Sequence record: MF498773.1
Direction: 5' to 3' (one strand)
Length of the DNA: 64,000 bases
Positions within the stretch are counted from its first letter, which is position 1, and the number at the start of each line of letters is the position of its first letter. A program made the translations under genes and the position numbers. This document shows, piece by piece, positions 15,720-26,227 of the stretch. The notes beneath the pieces were generated by a model. The model was given only the letters and a program-made list of their open reading frames with translations. It did not search any database and was not told where the DNA came from.

Positions 15720-16944
15720 ACGCAGTACGGCGGCGTATGAAAACTTTACCATTGAGCGTATTGTTTTCTTCCAAAGCCTTGATAGTGAAGGATTTGATAT
15801 AACCGATATATTCAAATCCTTCTCCATATATGAAGGGATCAGTCAAGGGTTGCTGAAAGGCACCCTTGAATTTGTTGATTTCATGAATTTAATAAACTCA
15901 ATTAATCCAAGAGGTGATGAGAAGGTACAAATAAGTTTTAGGTCTGTCCATTTAAACGGAACTGATGCAAAAACATATTCTAAAATATTCAAGGTTACTC
16001 GTTACGAAGATATTACAAACCCAAATACACAAACCCAAAAGTTTGTAAGACTTCATCTTGTATCCGAACAAGACCATAAGAATGAATATAGTCGGATCAG
16101 TAAAAGCTATAAGGGAACATCCATTCATGCAATCGTTTCTGATATGCTCCGTGTGATTGGATTCACCGACGAAACTATATTTGTTGAACCAACACTGTAT
16201 AACCGTGATATTGTAATTCCAAATTTAACACCGATATCAGTTATTAATTTCTTGGCTTCTTCTGCACAATCATCAGATGTTAATTCAAAGGGTGATAGTA
16301 ATTTCTATTTTTATGAGGATGTAGATGGAGCCAAATTCAGAACTGGTACATCCATGATGGTTGGAGACCCAGTTGTTGATCTGATATTTGAAGCAACCCA
16401 CGACACAACAATGTATAACAAGATAATCAAGATGCAGCGTGTTAAGGGATACAACATACCAGAACAATATAGGAATGGTGGCCTTGGCGTTAACGTTCAT
16501 TCGATGTCTTTGGATAAAAAGCTTTATACAAATAGTTATCAGGATTATACGTCTGTAAAAGATGTATATCCAACATTAAACCCAGAACCGTGGTTTGGTG
16601 GTGATATAAAACCAGAAAGAAATGCTTGTGTTTATTTCACAACAGAAGACCAGATGTATAAGTATATCAATATGGGTTCTAATGGTAACTCTCTTGGTAT
16701 AAGAGCAACAAACCGAACATCACTAAACGCAAAAAGAATGCTTATTCAAGTTGCCGGTAATTCGGATCTGAGTTGTGGTCAAGTCGTAAATATTATTGCT
16801 GGTGATATGAATGGTGAAATGACATCAAAAGATGCAGGACGCTGGCTTATCAACTCAATAAATCATGTCTGTACACAGGGCTCTTATATCATGAACTTAG
16901 AATTGATATCTGATTCCGATACTAGAGGGAAGGATATACAATGA
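15706..16944 (+). CDS. 27: Baseplate hub subunit gp27
   Basis: Hub-type features (GTLEFVD, FYFYED, GNSDLSCGQVV, WLINSINH); precedes gp5. Confidence 0.82.
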   Translation: MGISRRSTAAYENFTIERIVFFQSLDSEGFDITDIFKSFSIYEGISQGLLKGTLEFVDFMNLINSINPRGDEKVQISFRSVHLNGTDAKTYSKIFKVTRYEDITNPNTQTQKFVRLHLVSEQDHKNEYSRISKSYKGTSIHAIVSDMLRVIGFTDETIFVEPTLYNRDIVIPNLTPISVINFLASSAQSSDVNSKGDSNFYFYEDVDGAKFRTGTSMMVGDPVVDLIFEATHDTTMYNKIIKMQRVKGYNIPEQYRNGGLGVNVHSMSLDKKLYTNSYQDYTSVKDVYPTLNPEPWFGGDIKPERNACVYFTTEDQMYKYINMGSNGNSLGIRATNRTSLNAKRMLIQVAGNSDLSCGQVVNIIAGDMNGEMTSKDAGRWLINSINHVCTQGSYIMNLELISDSDTRGKDIQ

Positions 16945-18779
16945 AATTTGAATTCTTTTTTGGAGTTGTAGAGGATCGGTTTGATCCTCTTAGTCAAGGG
17001 AGATATAGAGTTCGTGTGATGGGATATCATACTGATCAAAAATCAAAAGATGATTTAATCGGTATACCTACTGATGAACTTCTTTGGATGCGCTGTGCCA
17101 CGTCAACGGATTCAGCCTCTATATCTGGTGTGGGAAATAGCCCAACAAACCTAGTAGAGGGTGTGTGGGTAATGGGGGTTTTCAAGGATGAGTTTAAACA
17201 GGATGGTTTAATACTTTTTTCTATCCCCGGATCTTATGTCCAAAAACCAAATACTCTGCGGGGATTCTGTGACCCAACCGGTCAATATCCTCGTTATATT
17301 GGTAATGACGTTAATATATTAGCCGGTGGTGGACAAAAAGGGGCTAGTATCCATGGAACGGCACCAGTTTCTATTGATGGGAAGCCGTTATCGGTTTATA
17401 CTCAGGATGAAAATACTTCTGGTGCATTAGCCCCCGATGACAAATCATTTGACGATGCAATTGCAGATGATGACCCAGATTTCACAATTGAAAAAATGTT
17501 GAAGGGAGACGAAGGGGTTAGGAACAAATGGTATCTCGATTCTCTTGGATATCCAACCATAGGCATTGGTCATCTAATCATACATGAGAATACACGAAAC
17601 GTAGCCCGTATAGATGCGATTCTAACCCAACAGTTGGGTCATCCTGTACAAGGGGGTGTGATCTCCCCAGAAGACGTTACAAAGCTGTTTAACGAGGATA
17701 TCCAAAAGACTCGTGCTGATATGATGAGATTCGAAAATATACGTCGTGTCTACGTCAAAGAAAATAGAAGTCGTCAAATGGCTTTAGAAAATATGGCGTT
17801 TCAGATGGGAGCTGGCGGATTAGCGAAATTCAAAAATACACTAAACGCTATGTATGAAGAACGTTGGCGGGATGCATATAATGGTATGCTTGACTCTCTT
17901 TGGGCTAGACAAACTCCGGGTCGAGCGAACAGGGTTGCCAAGATTATTTTAACCGGAAACCTAGAGTCTTATGGAGTAAAACCAAAACCAGAGGAACCGC
18001 CTATTATCCCAATATCTGGGAGAATGAAGCGCTCTATTATGGCATTGTCCTCACCGGTTGTTTTTGCTGACGAAGTAGACCCAGATGATCCGTCCGTTCC
18101 ACCACCACCTCGTACTGATGGTCTTCTTTTCGAAGAACCACCCAGCGCATATGCTGCTGAATACCCATATAACCATGTATATGAATCGGAGAGTGGTCAT
18201 ATTCAGGAATTTGATGATACTCCGGGGAAAGAACGATATAACCTGAAACATACATCAGGGACGTATATTGAGATTTCTGGTGGTGGTCGTCAAGTAAACA
18301 AAGTTATGGGTGATGACTATGTTATCGATATGGCAAACCGGTTGATCAACGTAAAGGGTGATTATCAGGTAGTTGTTGAAGGTAACGCGACTGTATACGT
18401 TATGGGTAACTGTACCCAGCAAGTTGATGGAAACTTGACTCAGGTTGTCAAAGGAAACGTATCTGAATCGGTTTATGGTAACGTTGAACAGTCGGTGAAG
18501 GGGAACGTTAAGCAAACTGTTAACGGTGGCTTAGAATCGCGTATAGACGCTGATGTGACCCTATCTGTCGGTGGTAGTGTTGTTAGTGATATAGAAGGGA
18601 ATTTAACTGCAACAGTTCAAGGTAATTGCAACGAGAACGTAGAGGGTGATATGAACCTTAATGTTTTTGGTGATTATACAGTTACTGTATCTGGTGACTA
18701 TAAATCGCAAGCTGCTCAATCTCTTATTACCTCTCAAGGTACGACCGAGATTAGTGGTTCTACTGTTAGTATTAACTAA
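16941..18779 (+). CDS. 5: Baseplate hub needle / tail lysozyme gp5
   Basis: VEDRFDPLSQGRYRVRV OB domain, DEG...DSLGYPTIGIGHL lysozyme, VxGxxxxx beta-helix repeats. Confidence 0.98.
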   Translation: MKFEFFFGVVEDRFDPLSQGRYRVRVMGYHTDQKSKDDLIGIPTDELLWMRCATSTDSASISGVGNSPTNLVEGVWVMGVFKDEFKQDGLILFSIPGSYVQKPNTLRGFCDPTGQYPRYIGNDVNILAGGGQKGASIHGTAPVSIDGKPLSVYTQDENTSGALAPDDKSFDDAIADDDPDFTIEKMLKGDEGVRNKWYLDSLGYPTIGIGHLIIHENTRNVARIDAILTQQLGHPVQGGVISPEDVTKLFNEDIQKTRADMMRFENIRRVYVKENRSRQMALENMAFQMGAGGLAKFKNTLNAMYEERWRDAYNGMLDSLWARQTPGRANRVAKIILTGNLESYGVKPKPEEPPIIPISGRMKRSIMALSSPVVFADEVDPDDPSVPPPPRTDGLLFEEPPSAYAAEYPYNHVYESESGHIQEFDDTPGKERYNLKHTSGTYIEISGGGRQVNKVMGDDYVIDMANRLINVKGDYQVVVEGNATVYVMGNCTQQVDGNLTQVVKGNVSESVYGNVEQSVKGNVKQTVNGGLESRIDADVTLSVGGSVVSDIEGNLTATVQGNCNENVEGDMNLNVFGDYTVTVSGDYKSQAAQSLITSQGTTEISGSTVSIN

Positions 18780-18781
18780 CG

Positions 18782-18810
18782 AAAAGGGATCCCGATTTGG
18801 GATCCCTTTT
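18782..18810. terminator. Bidirectional terminator
   Basis: AAAAGGGATCCC-GATTT-GGGATCCCTTTT between convergent genes. Confidence 0.9.
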
Positions 18811-18813
18811 GTT

Positions 18814-19089
18814 TTAGATGTCGTCTGCACTTCGTTTGATATATTCTTGGAGTGCTTCTTTTTCAAGTCCCCACACAAAAGATAGAGTGCAGCCACCTAC
18901 ATCAATTTCAAATGGACAGAAATCCCAATAAATGGTTTCTTTCATCTTTACTTCCATCAGAAGTTCTTCGTCTTCCACTTTATCAAAGTTCTTTTCGATA
19001 AAGTTTTTTAGTTCTCGACGAACTCGAAAATTATGAACCTGATTTTCTTTAAAACCAGCAAAATTAGTTCCTACATAAATTAGTTTCAT
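18814..19089 (-). CDS. Hypothetical protein (91 aa)
   Basis: ORF with GGA RBS. Confidence 0.7.
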   Translation of the reverse strand: MKLIYVGTNFAGFKENQVHNFRVRRELKNFIEKNFDKVEDEELLMEVKMKETIYWDFCPFEIDVGGCTLSFVWGLEKEALQEYIKRSADDI

Positions 19090-19100
19090 ATTTATTTTCC

Positions 19101-19466
19101 TTAAAGAGATTCCAACATTTCATCAATTCGATGTACTTGCTTCATCAATTCTTTGCGCAACACCAATAAGTCATTTTTGGTTTTGTTTACCTTCGGAGGT
19201 TCATAAGATTCCTCATCATCTGGTTCTGCTATCATAAGGCATTCTTTCATCTCTTTCGAAGTAAAGATTGGGCTGAATTCATTTAGATTTTCATATCCTT
19301 CTATTTTATAGATTTCATCTTCCTGTTTTTCATCGACAAAAAAGATATCCATACCAAGTGTTTCCGCTATGATACGATTATTTTCATCGTTTCCATCTTT
19401 TTTTCCGAGCTGGATAAATTTTTCCATTGCTTCTTCGTTTTTGAATTTGAATTTATTGTACAGCAT
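19101..19466 (-). CDS. Hypothetical protein (121 aa)
   Basis: ORF with GAGG RBS. Confidence 0.75.
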   Translation of the reverse strand: MLYNKFKFKNEEAMEKFIQLGKKDGNDENNRIIAETLGMDIFFVDEKQEDEIYKIEGYENLNEFSPIFTSKEMKECLMIAEPDDEESYEPPKVNKTKNDLLVLRKELMKQVHRIDEMLESL

Positions 19467-19524
19467 ATTATACCCTCTATTTTATATGAACAACCCTAAA
19501 TACTCCATAATGGAGGATTTTTAT

Positions 19525-20037
19525 ATGGCACAAATTAACACACCTACCAACTGGAAGTCAACCATTTTTGATGGAGAAACTTCTGTGGATAGCTTGTTTA
19601 GCTACACACTAACCGCATCTGAACAACTGGTGAGTTTTACGGTGGTTCCATCAGAAGACCTATCACCGGATGGAATTTTTCTTGATGGTAACAGATTACA
19701 TGGGAAAGTCAATGACTATTTTGATGGGAAAGTAGATTTGGTTCTAAAGTATAGGGATAGGACATCTCTACAGATATCACAAACAAATTCGTTCGCTTCT
19801 TTACCAGAACCAACTACTTGTGACCTCATAGCATTTAATCCACCAAGCGAATTAAAAAAGGTTGTTACTTATACACAGACATTGGTTTATGACGATATTA
19901 CTGACCCCACACTACCAATTAGAAAAACAGTTAGTGATTCTATAAATATGACTATCATAGGTTCTTTTGATGGTTGGGTTGCAAAATTTAGAGCGTATGT
20001 ATCTTCGTCTGGACCTTTTCCAAAATTGGGGATATGA
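19525..20037 (+). CDS. 5.1: gp5.1-like protein (170 aa, start MAQINTP)
   Basis: GGAGG RBS, late promoter 19496-19502, position before the PAAR gene. Confidence 0.75.
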   Translation: MAQINTPTNWKSTIFDGETSVDSLFSYTLTASEQLVSFTVVPSEDLSPDGIFLDGNRLHGKVNDYFDGKVDLVLKYRDRTSLQISQTNSFASLPEPTTCDLIAFNPPSELKKVVTYTQTLVYDDITDPTLPIRKTVSDSINMTIIGSFDGWVAKFRAYVSSSGPFPKLGI

Positions 20038-20336
20038 AAATGGCAGGTTTAGTATTAAATGGTGCAAAAACTGTTGGACCGGGGCCTTGGTTACCAAGTC
20101 GGGTTATTGGAACCACAACTACGGTTTTTGCTAACGGAAAACAAATTCTAGTTAGAGAAGATGATAGGGTGATTACTCACATAAAGCCCGGTGATGACCC
20201 AAGTCCGAAGTCTGGACTTGTTATCGCCAGTAGCGCGAAAGTATTCATCGAAGGGAAACGGGTTGCGCAATTAGCAGATCTTTGTACAGAAGGGGAAGTT
20301 ATTGTGGAATGTTCATCTAATGTATTTGTTGTTTGA
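20034..20336 (+). CDS. 5.4: PAAR spike-tip protein gp5.4
   Basis: SAKVFIEGKRVAQLAD...SSNVFV PAAR-like pattern. Confidence 0.88.
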   Translation: MKMAGLVLNGAKTVGPGPWLPSRVIGTTTTVFANGKQILVREDDRVITHIKPGDDPSPKSGLVIASSAKVFIEGKRVAQLADLCTEGEVIVECSSNVFVV

Positions 20337-20344
20337 GGTTTATT

Positions 20345-20773
20345 ATGGCTGGATTTTTTGGAAACAGATTAAAAATTATCACAAACGAGAAAACTGTCTA
20401 TTATACAGATATAGACCCTAATTTTCGTCGTGATATAAAGACAAACGATGTTCTTATGACACAGAACATCGGTGCTGTGCAATTGTCAATGGCTGGTATT
20501 ATAGCAACTAGGAAGCGCGAAAAACCGTTTGATCCTGATTTCGGCTGTGATATTAGTGCAGAACTATTTGAATTAATGAATGATGCGTCAACTAGTGCGG
20601 TTGAACGAAGTATATATGATGCAATAAGAAACTATGAACCTCGTGTGAAATTGAGGCAGGTGCAAGTTGTTCCTTTATACGACAGAAACGAATATATAGT
20701 TTCTATTTATTATTCTCTTATCACAAATTTATCAACTGTTGTTGAACTAAAAATGGAACTATCAAATGGCTAA
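20345..20773 (+). CDS. 25: Baseplate wedge gp25
   Basis: REKPFDPDFGCDI, IRNYEPRV. Confidence 0.95.
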   Translation: MAGFFGNRLKIITNEKTVYYTDIDPNFRRDIKTNDVLMTQNIGAVQLSMAGIIATRKREKPFDPDFGCDISAELFELMNDASTSAVERSIYDAIRNYEPRVKLRQVQVVPLYDRNEYIVSIYYSLITNLSTVVELKMELSNG

Positions 20774-22721
20774 TATTAACTCAGTTGAAATCCCAAACGT
20801 ATTCAAAGAGAGTACCTTTGAAGGTTTCAAAACCAGATTACGGGATTTCTTTAAAAACCAATATGAATTTAAAGATTATGATTTTGAAGGGTCAAGATTG
20901 ACCGTCCTAATAGAATCGATGGCTTATGCAATGCTATACCATCAGCAATTTGCAAACGGGGCTTTATTTGAAGGCTACAACCAAACTGCCCGTCTTCGTT
21001 CTTCTGTGGTTCAACACGCACAAGATAACGGGTATATGCCTTGGGGTATGAGTGCTAGTACTAATATGATACAGATTCAAGCGTATTATAGCCCGATTGA
21101 TAGTAGTCCTCGTTCTATTACAATTCCGAAGGGTACTAAATTCACTGCTTCTATTGAAGAAGTTGAATTTTATGATTATGTCACTTGGGAAGACGTCGAG
21201 GTAATACGTGGTATAGACAAACGATATATTACAGATCTTAACTTGGTTCAGGGTAGAATTATCAGAAACCAAATGACGTTTGGTCAGGATGGAACTATTG
21301 TAATTCAGGATCCAAATATTGACCGTAGATATGTTAACGTTTATGTGAACGGGGCTAAATGGGAAGACTGGTCTAACAAACCGATTGTTCGTGTTGGTGG
21401 TACTTCGACTGTTTTTTATCAACGAGAAACAATTGATAGCTTCACTGAAATATATTTCGGGGAAGGCGACTCTACCGTTGATACTAACGGTATGCTCCGC
21501 AGTAACTACGTTGGTGGTTTAAAGCCTTCTGTAGGGGATACCATCGTTTTGGAATATATAAGCACCAAAGGAACCGCCGCTAACGGTTCTCGTGGTTTTG
21601 ATTATGTGGATACAATTCCTAACTTGGTGGTTGAAGAGATTAGAGAAAACCCAACTCATCCTGACGGAATTAACGATGTGAATTATGTTGGATCTATTGG
21701 TGGTGGTGAAGTTGAGGATATAGAACGTATTCGTTCACTAGGTCCGGTAATGAGAGAGACACAGCGCCGTTGTGTTACTGCTTCCGACTACGAAACTTTC
21801 ATATCTAGTCGATTTGGGAACATTGTTCAGGCTATCCAGTGTTATACCAACCCAGAAAAGCCGGGTTATGCATTCATTGCGATAAAGCCTCAAGATGGTT
21901 TATATCTGACTACTGTTCAGAAAGAAGACATCCAAAACTATCTGAGACCGTTTAACGTTAGTACGATTACGCCGGTTGTTCATAGTCCAAATTATATGTA
22001 TGTGAAAACCAATGCCAAGGTTACCTACGCAATAAACCAACTCCCACAAACAGAAGAATGGTTACAAGGTCAGATCTTGAATTCCATAGACCGTTATTAT
22101 ACGGAAGAGGTTGAAATCTTCAACGCTGGTTTCTATACATCCAAAATGAACAGTCGTATTGATAATACTGATGTGTCTATTCTTGGTACTGAAACAAAAA
22201 TTGGACTTGTTCGAGAAATAGACAACTATCTAGTTAGTCCGATGAATGGTATTCAGTACAATAACGACCTAGTTGAAGGCTCTATCTATAGCACCGAAAT
22301 AAAATATATCCATAACACAACAACAAGTTATGATGTTCATTATGTTGGTACTAAGAAGAACGATATTCCTGATCCGTCTGGGGTACACAGCGAAAATACT
22401 GGGTTGATGTTGGTTGGACCCTTTGCTGCTGGTCATATATCTGGTGTTCAAGAATATACCGGAAGCGACTTTGATAGGAAAGAAATTGATGGGCGCAGTA
22501 AATACTATGTAGTTGGATCTATAAATTATGAAATAGACCAAATCACATTCGACCTTGGCGTTCTCAATAAAGATCCAGATCAGTTTATTGCGGCATATAT
22601 TGAATTACATAGTGAACCAACTTCACTTAATATATTCCCGTCAGATGGTACATTGATCGTTTTTGAGAATAACCTACGTCCTCAATACACAACAATTGAA
22701 ATGAACTCGGTGGTAATTTAA
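20766..22721 (+). CDS. 6: Baseplate wedge gp6
   Basis: YDFEGSRL, TARLRSSVV, QRRCVTASDY. Confidence 0.97.
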   Translation: MANINSVEIPNVFKESTFEGFKTRLRDFFKNQYEFKDYDFEGSRLTVLIESMAYAMLYHQQFANGALFEGYNQTARLRSSVVQHAQDNGYMPWGMSASTNMIQIQAYYSPIDSSPRSITIPKGTKFTASIEEVEFYDYVTWEDVEVIRGIDKRYITDLNLVQGRIIRNQMTFGQDGTIVIQDPNIDRRYVNVYVNGAKWEDWSNKPIVRVGGTSTVFYQRETIDSFTEIYFGEGDSTVDTNGMLRSNYVGGLKPSVGDTIVLEYISTKGTAANGSRGFDYVDTIPNLVVEEIRENPTHPDGINDVNYVGSIGGGEVEDIERIRSLGPVMRETQRRCVTASDYETFISSRFGNIVQAIQCYTNPEKPGYAFIAIKPQDGLYLTTVQKEDIQNYLRPFNVSTITPVVHSPNYMYVKTNAKVTYAINQLPQTEEWLQGQILNSIDRYYTEEVEIFNAGFYTSKMNSRIDNTDVSILGTETKIGLVREIDNYLVSPMNGIQYNNDLVEGSIYSTEIKYIHNTTTSYDVHYVGTKKNDIPDPSGVHSENTGLMLVGPFAAGHISGVQEYTGSDFDRKEIDGRSKYYVVGSINYEIDQITFDLGVLNKDPDQFIAAYIELHSEPTSLNIFPSDGTLIVFENNLRPQYTTIEMNSVVI

Positions 22722-22723
22722 AA

Positions 22724-25700
22724 ATGATAAAAGCTCCAACAATAACAAGTCTTCGCGTCGCCATGCTCGGCGCGAACTTCGTTCACCTAAAATGGGATGA
22801 TGTAGGTTCGAACTATTTTTATATTGTCGAATACACCATCGTTTCAGGTACTGGGGTAGATAGTTGGACACAATTGGGGGTGGAATATTCCCCCGAATTT
22901 TTCAGTTCATCTCTCATTCCAGATACAAAATATAAATTTAGAATATCTACAACTCATCCCGGTTTGGAGCCGTCTGATTGGGTTGTTAGTGATGTAATAG
23001 AATCATTCACAACAAACGCATATCAAATAACTACCATGGAGAAATTCATTCCATCGTTTAAGTTTATTGATATGAAGTTACATAAAAACAAGATGGATTA
23101 TATCAACCTCAATAGTGATGTGATTCAGGCTAGTTTGATGAATGAAAACTTTATATACGATCCTAGTATCTCAAACGTCACGAATATAGAAAATTTTGTT
23201 ACTAGTGACGATGAATACCATGAGATTTTGGGTTCTGTATCAAAAATTTGTCGGGATATTAATAGCGTTTACCTTGGCGCAAACCGTCGTGTTGTATACG
23301 CATTTGAAAAATATCAAAACTACTGTAAGGTAACTAATGACGGTGGGCAGAACTGGTATTACTACCAAGCTATTTCTGATCGCGTTGGATATCCAACCGG
23401 TAATACCGTAATGAGCCAAAACAGGAATACATCTTTCCTTCTTGGTTATGATTTTGCTTTTTACGGACGAAATGTTGATGAAGTAAGATTTAGCTCAGAC
23501 CTTCATTTTTGGTCGGATGATCAGCTTACATTTGTTAAGATGGATACTGATTCGTCTATCCCATTTCCTACTATGTTCTTTGGGACTTTTGCCAAGTACC
23601 CAGACGATATCAGAAGAAAAGTAGAAGCTCAAACTTCCTCTAATATGTGGCTATATGCCGCTGCAAATGGTGTTACTAGACGTATACGAGTATCTGGTGG
23701 TCCAACCGATAATGAAGGTAATATCATATGGGATCCGGAAGTCTTTACGATCTGTGATAATCCAAACGTAGTAGTTAAGAAAATGGATGTACTTAACGAG
23801 GTTTGTTATGCGCTGGTATCCGGTGAAGTAGATGCAGGGAAAGATAAAAGAGATCCGAAAAACGTAAAGAAATCTGTATATTCTGGTGTATATCGCCTCA
23901 ACGAAAAATACAAGAAAGAAGATTTCATGTTGGGAAATATGAATTTCTCCGACCCAACAGAAGATATTAATTTTGTAAATGGTATTGACGTTGGTCGTGA
24001 GATGGTAACTTTCCTTCCTGACGGTACACACGTTGGTAAAGTTTCTACTAGATGGGAATCTAGAGTATTCCAAGGTAGAACCCATGGAATGCAAATGAAA
24101 GTCAACTTTGTACCAAGTGATAGCCATGACTCGTTTGAGTTTATTGCTGATATCTATTCCGATCCAGTACAAAAGATAGTAGACCCGGTGAAATATAGTC
24201 GGTTTGTTGATGATTTTGCATATCCTAATATTTTTGACCTTTACCAAGAAGATGGGCAGATAGTAAAGCCTTCTGTTCCGGATGGTGGGTCATGGGAAAG
24301 AGTGTTTGGAAATACTGAGGATGAACGGTATAATATCGAACACAAATATTCCGATATGAGTGTTGATGGTACTAAATTATTTGTATCCGGTGCAACTTAT
24401 AAATACACCAATACTATCGAAGATCTTGATACCGTTAATAAATACCCGGATGATGTGACCTATGCGGTAAAATACAGTTCCGATTTTGGATATCTTAGTG
24501 AAAAGAAAGTTTTCATGTATCAATGGGAAACCGAAGATGGTGATGTTTTCTCCTTAAGACCAGCTAGATATTATAACGAGGCTGGGTTTGATTATATGGC
24601 TATGACTGGGGAGAGGGTTTGGAAAAACCATGAAAACCGAATAGTTCTTATAACACCTTCCACCAAATACCAATATAACATAGACCCTACACGGGAATAT
24701 AACAAAGAAGTTTGGAATAAAGGTTCTGTAAAATTTTATCTGAACAGTATCAATTTCAAAAACTTTAGTAAGTATTGTAACGGTATTTTGATTCACACTG
24801 CCTACAATAGAGAGAATGGTCTTGGTGGGGAGATATTTGGATACTATGAGTTCCCTTATCGTGTTAGGGATGAAGCATCTGTATTTTGGAGACCAGAATA
24901 TATCGCGTTGCAAGCTTCTTTGATAAACCAAGAAAGAGAAGTTGTTGAAGAGAAGAAGGATGATACAGGTATAATTGATCCAAATATCGCACCTATGTTG
25001 AGAATTATGGGACCTGAACATTATTTCAACGACTCAAATTACTCTAAGTTTGCTGAATATTATCTTCAATTCCTATCAGAAGGTACTGATTCGATGTATG
25101 GTAAACTTCTCAATTTCATCAAACTAAAATACCCGAGAGAGAAAGATTCTTTTGTATTTTTGTGGTCTGAGATGAGACGACGGAATATATATCTAGACCA
25201 AAACAAGAGAGATGAGGTTGTTAAATTCTTCGAAGCCAACGCCAATAACTTTTATAGCTCAAAGGGAACTCTGGATAGTTATAAGTTCTTGTTCAAACTG
25301 CTATATGATGCCGATGTAGATATTGAAATCGAATCTCAAGTTGGGATAGATTATGATATACTGGTTAAGTCGTCTAATATCAGTACTGATCTTGTTGGAA
25401 GAACGATATTTACCAAAACTGGTCGAGCCAACGTTACCTATATTGAACGTCAGTTTGTTGATGGTCAATTAAGATGGAAAATAACGATTCATAACCTTAT
25501 TGGGAAGTTGGAAGTTGGGCAAGAAATAAAATCTGAATCTAGTTCTTTTGTTGGTGAAGTCACTCGGGGAGTTAAGGGTAAAGAGCTAGCATATTCCGAC
25601 ATAGATTATATAAACAGAAACAGATCTTACTATATGATGAGAATTCGTTCTGAATTGAACACATCTCGGTATAAGGATGATGTTATTCGGTTTGTTCATC

Positions 25701-26227
25701 CAGTTGGATTTGGATTTGTTGGTATTACTCTACTAACTGTTATGGTTAACGGGGGTATTTCTATGAAACACATAGAGACTATCGTCGATATAAATAAATC
25801 ATATCGGTGGGATTCTGGTTTACCTAGCCTAACCCCTAAATATAGAACAGTACCAGACCCCAATGGTTCGTTTATAGATCCAGTACCTCTATTCGACCCG
25901 ATAACTGGGGAATTAATGGAAGTGGAACAACCACAAACGCCATTTGATGTGTCTGAGTGGAATAACGCAATTGATACAAGTACCGGTAATGTATTTGAGG
26001 TCAGGAATTATGACCAAGATGAACAGAACTGGACTGTTGACGGTGTTGTTTATACCCCATCGGCACGTAGGCTTGATGGTAGTCCCCTGTTTAGCGATTT
26101 CAGTAGTAGGTATTCTGACCTTAAACGGTTGTCAGAAAAACGGCTTAAGGATGATATAGGCAATCCTCGTGATGTAAGTAAACTCCTTGTGCCAGTACCA
26201 CCTACCCAAGTTAAGGTAGAACAATAA
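22724..26227 (+). CDS. 7: Baseplate wedge initiator gp7 (1167 aa)
   Basis: MIKAPTITSLRV, NFYSSKGT, FVHPVGFGFVG. Confidence 0.96.
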   Translation: MIKAPTITSLRVAMLGANFVHLKWDDVGSNYFYIVEYTIVSGTGVDSWTQLGVEYSPEFFSSSLIPDTKYKFRISTTHPGLEPSDWVVSDVIESFTTNAYQITTMEKFIPSFKFIDMKLHKNKMDYINLNSDVIQASLMNENFIYDPSISNVTNIENFVTSDDEYHEILGSVSKICRDINSVYLGANRRVVYAFEKYQNYCKVTNDGGQNWYYYQAISDRVGYPTGNTVMSQNRNTSFLLGYDFAFYGRNVDEVRFSSDLHFWSDDQLTFVKMDTDSSIPFPTMFFGTFAKYPDDIRRKVEAQTSSNMWLYAAANGVTRRIRVSGGPTDNEGNIIWDPEVFTICDNPNVVVKKMDVLNEVCYALVSGEVDAGKDKRDPKNVKKSVYSGVYRLNEKYKKEDFMLGNMNFSDPTEDINFVNGIDVGREMVTFLPDGTHVGKVSTRWESRVFQGRTHGMQMKVNFVPSDSHDSFEFIADIYSDPVQKIVDPVKYSRFVDDFAYPNIFDLYQEDGQIVKPSVPDGGSWERVFGNTEDERYNIEHKYSDMSVDGTKLFVSGATYKYTNTIEDLDTVNKYPDDVTYAVKYSSDFGYLSEKKVFMYQWETEDGDVFSLRPARYYNEAGFDYMAMTGERVWKNHENRIVLITPSTKYQYNIDPTREYNKEVWNKGSVKFYLNSINFKNFSKYCNGILIHTAYNRENGLGGEIFGYYEFPYRVRDEASVFWRPEYIALQASLINQEREVVEEKKDDTGIIDPNIAPMLRIMGPEHYFNDSNYSKFAEYYLQFLSEGTDSMYGKLLNFIKLKYPREKDSFVFLWSEMRRRNIYLDQNKRDEVVKFFEANANNFYSSKGTLDSYKFLFKLLYDADVDIEIESQVGIDYDILVKSSNISTDLVGRTIFTKTGRANVTYIERQFVDGQLRWKITIHNLIGKLEVGQEIKSESSSFVGEVTRGVKGKELAYSDIDYINRNRSYYMMRIRSELNTSRYKDDVIRFVHPVGFGFVGITLLTVMVNGGISMKHIETIVDINKSYRWDSGLPSLTPKYRTVPDPNGSFIDPVPLFDPITGELMEVEQPQTPFDVSEWNNAIDTSTGNVFEVRNYDQDEQNWTVDGVVYTPSARRLDGSPLFSDFSSRYSDLKRLSEKRLKDDIGNPRDVSKLLVPVPPTQVKVEQ

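Noticed and set aside
18300-18720. 8-residue VxGxxxxx repeats in gp5
   Set aside because: Expected triple beta-helix of gp5; not novel
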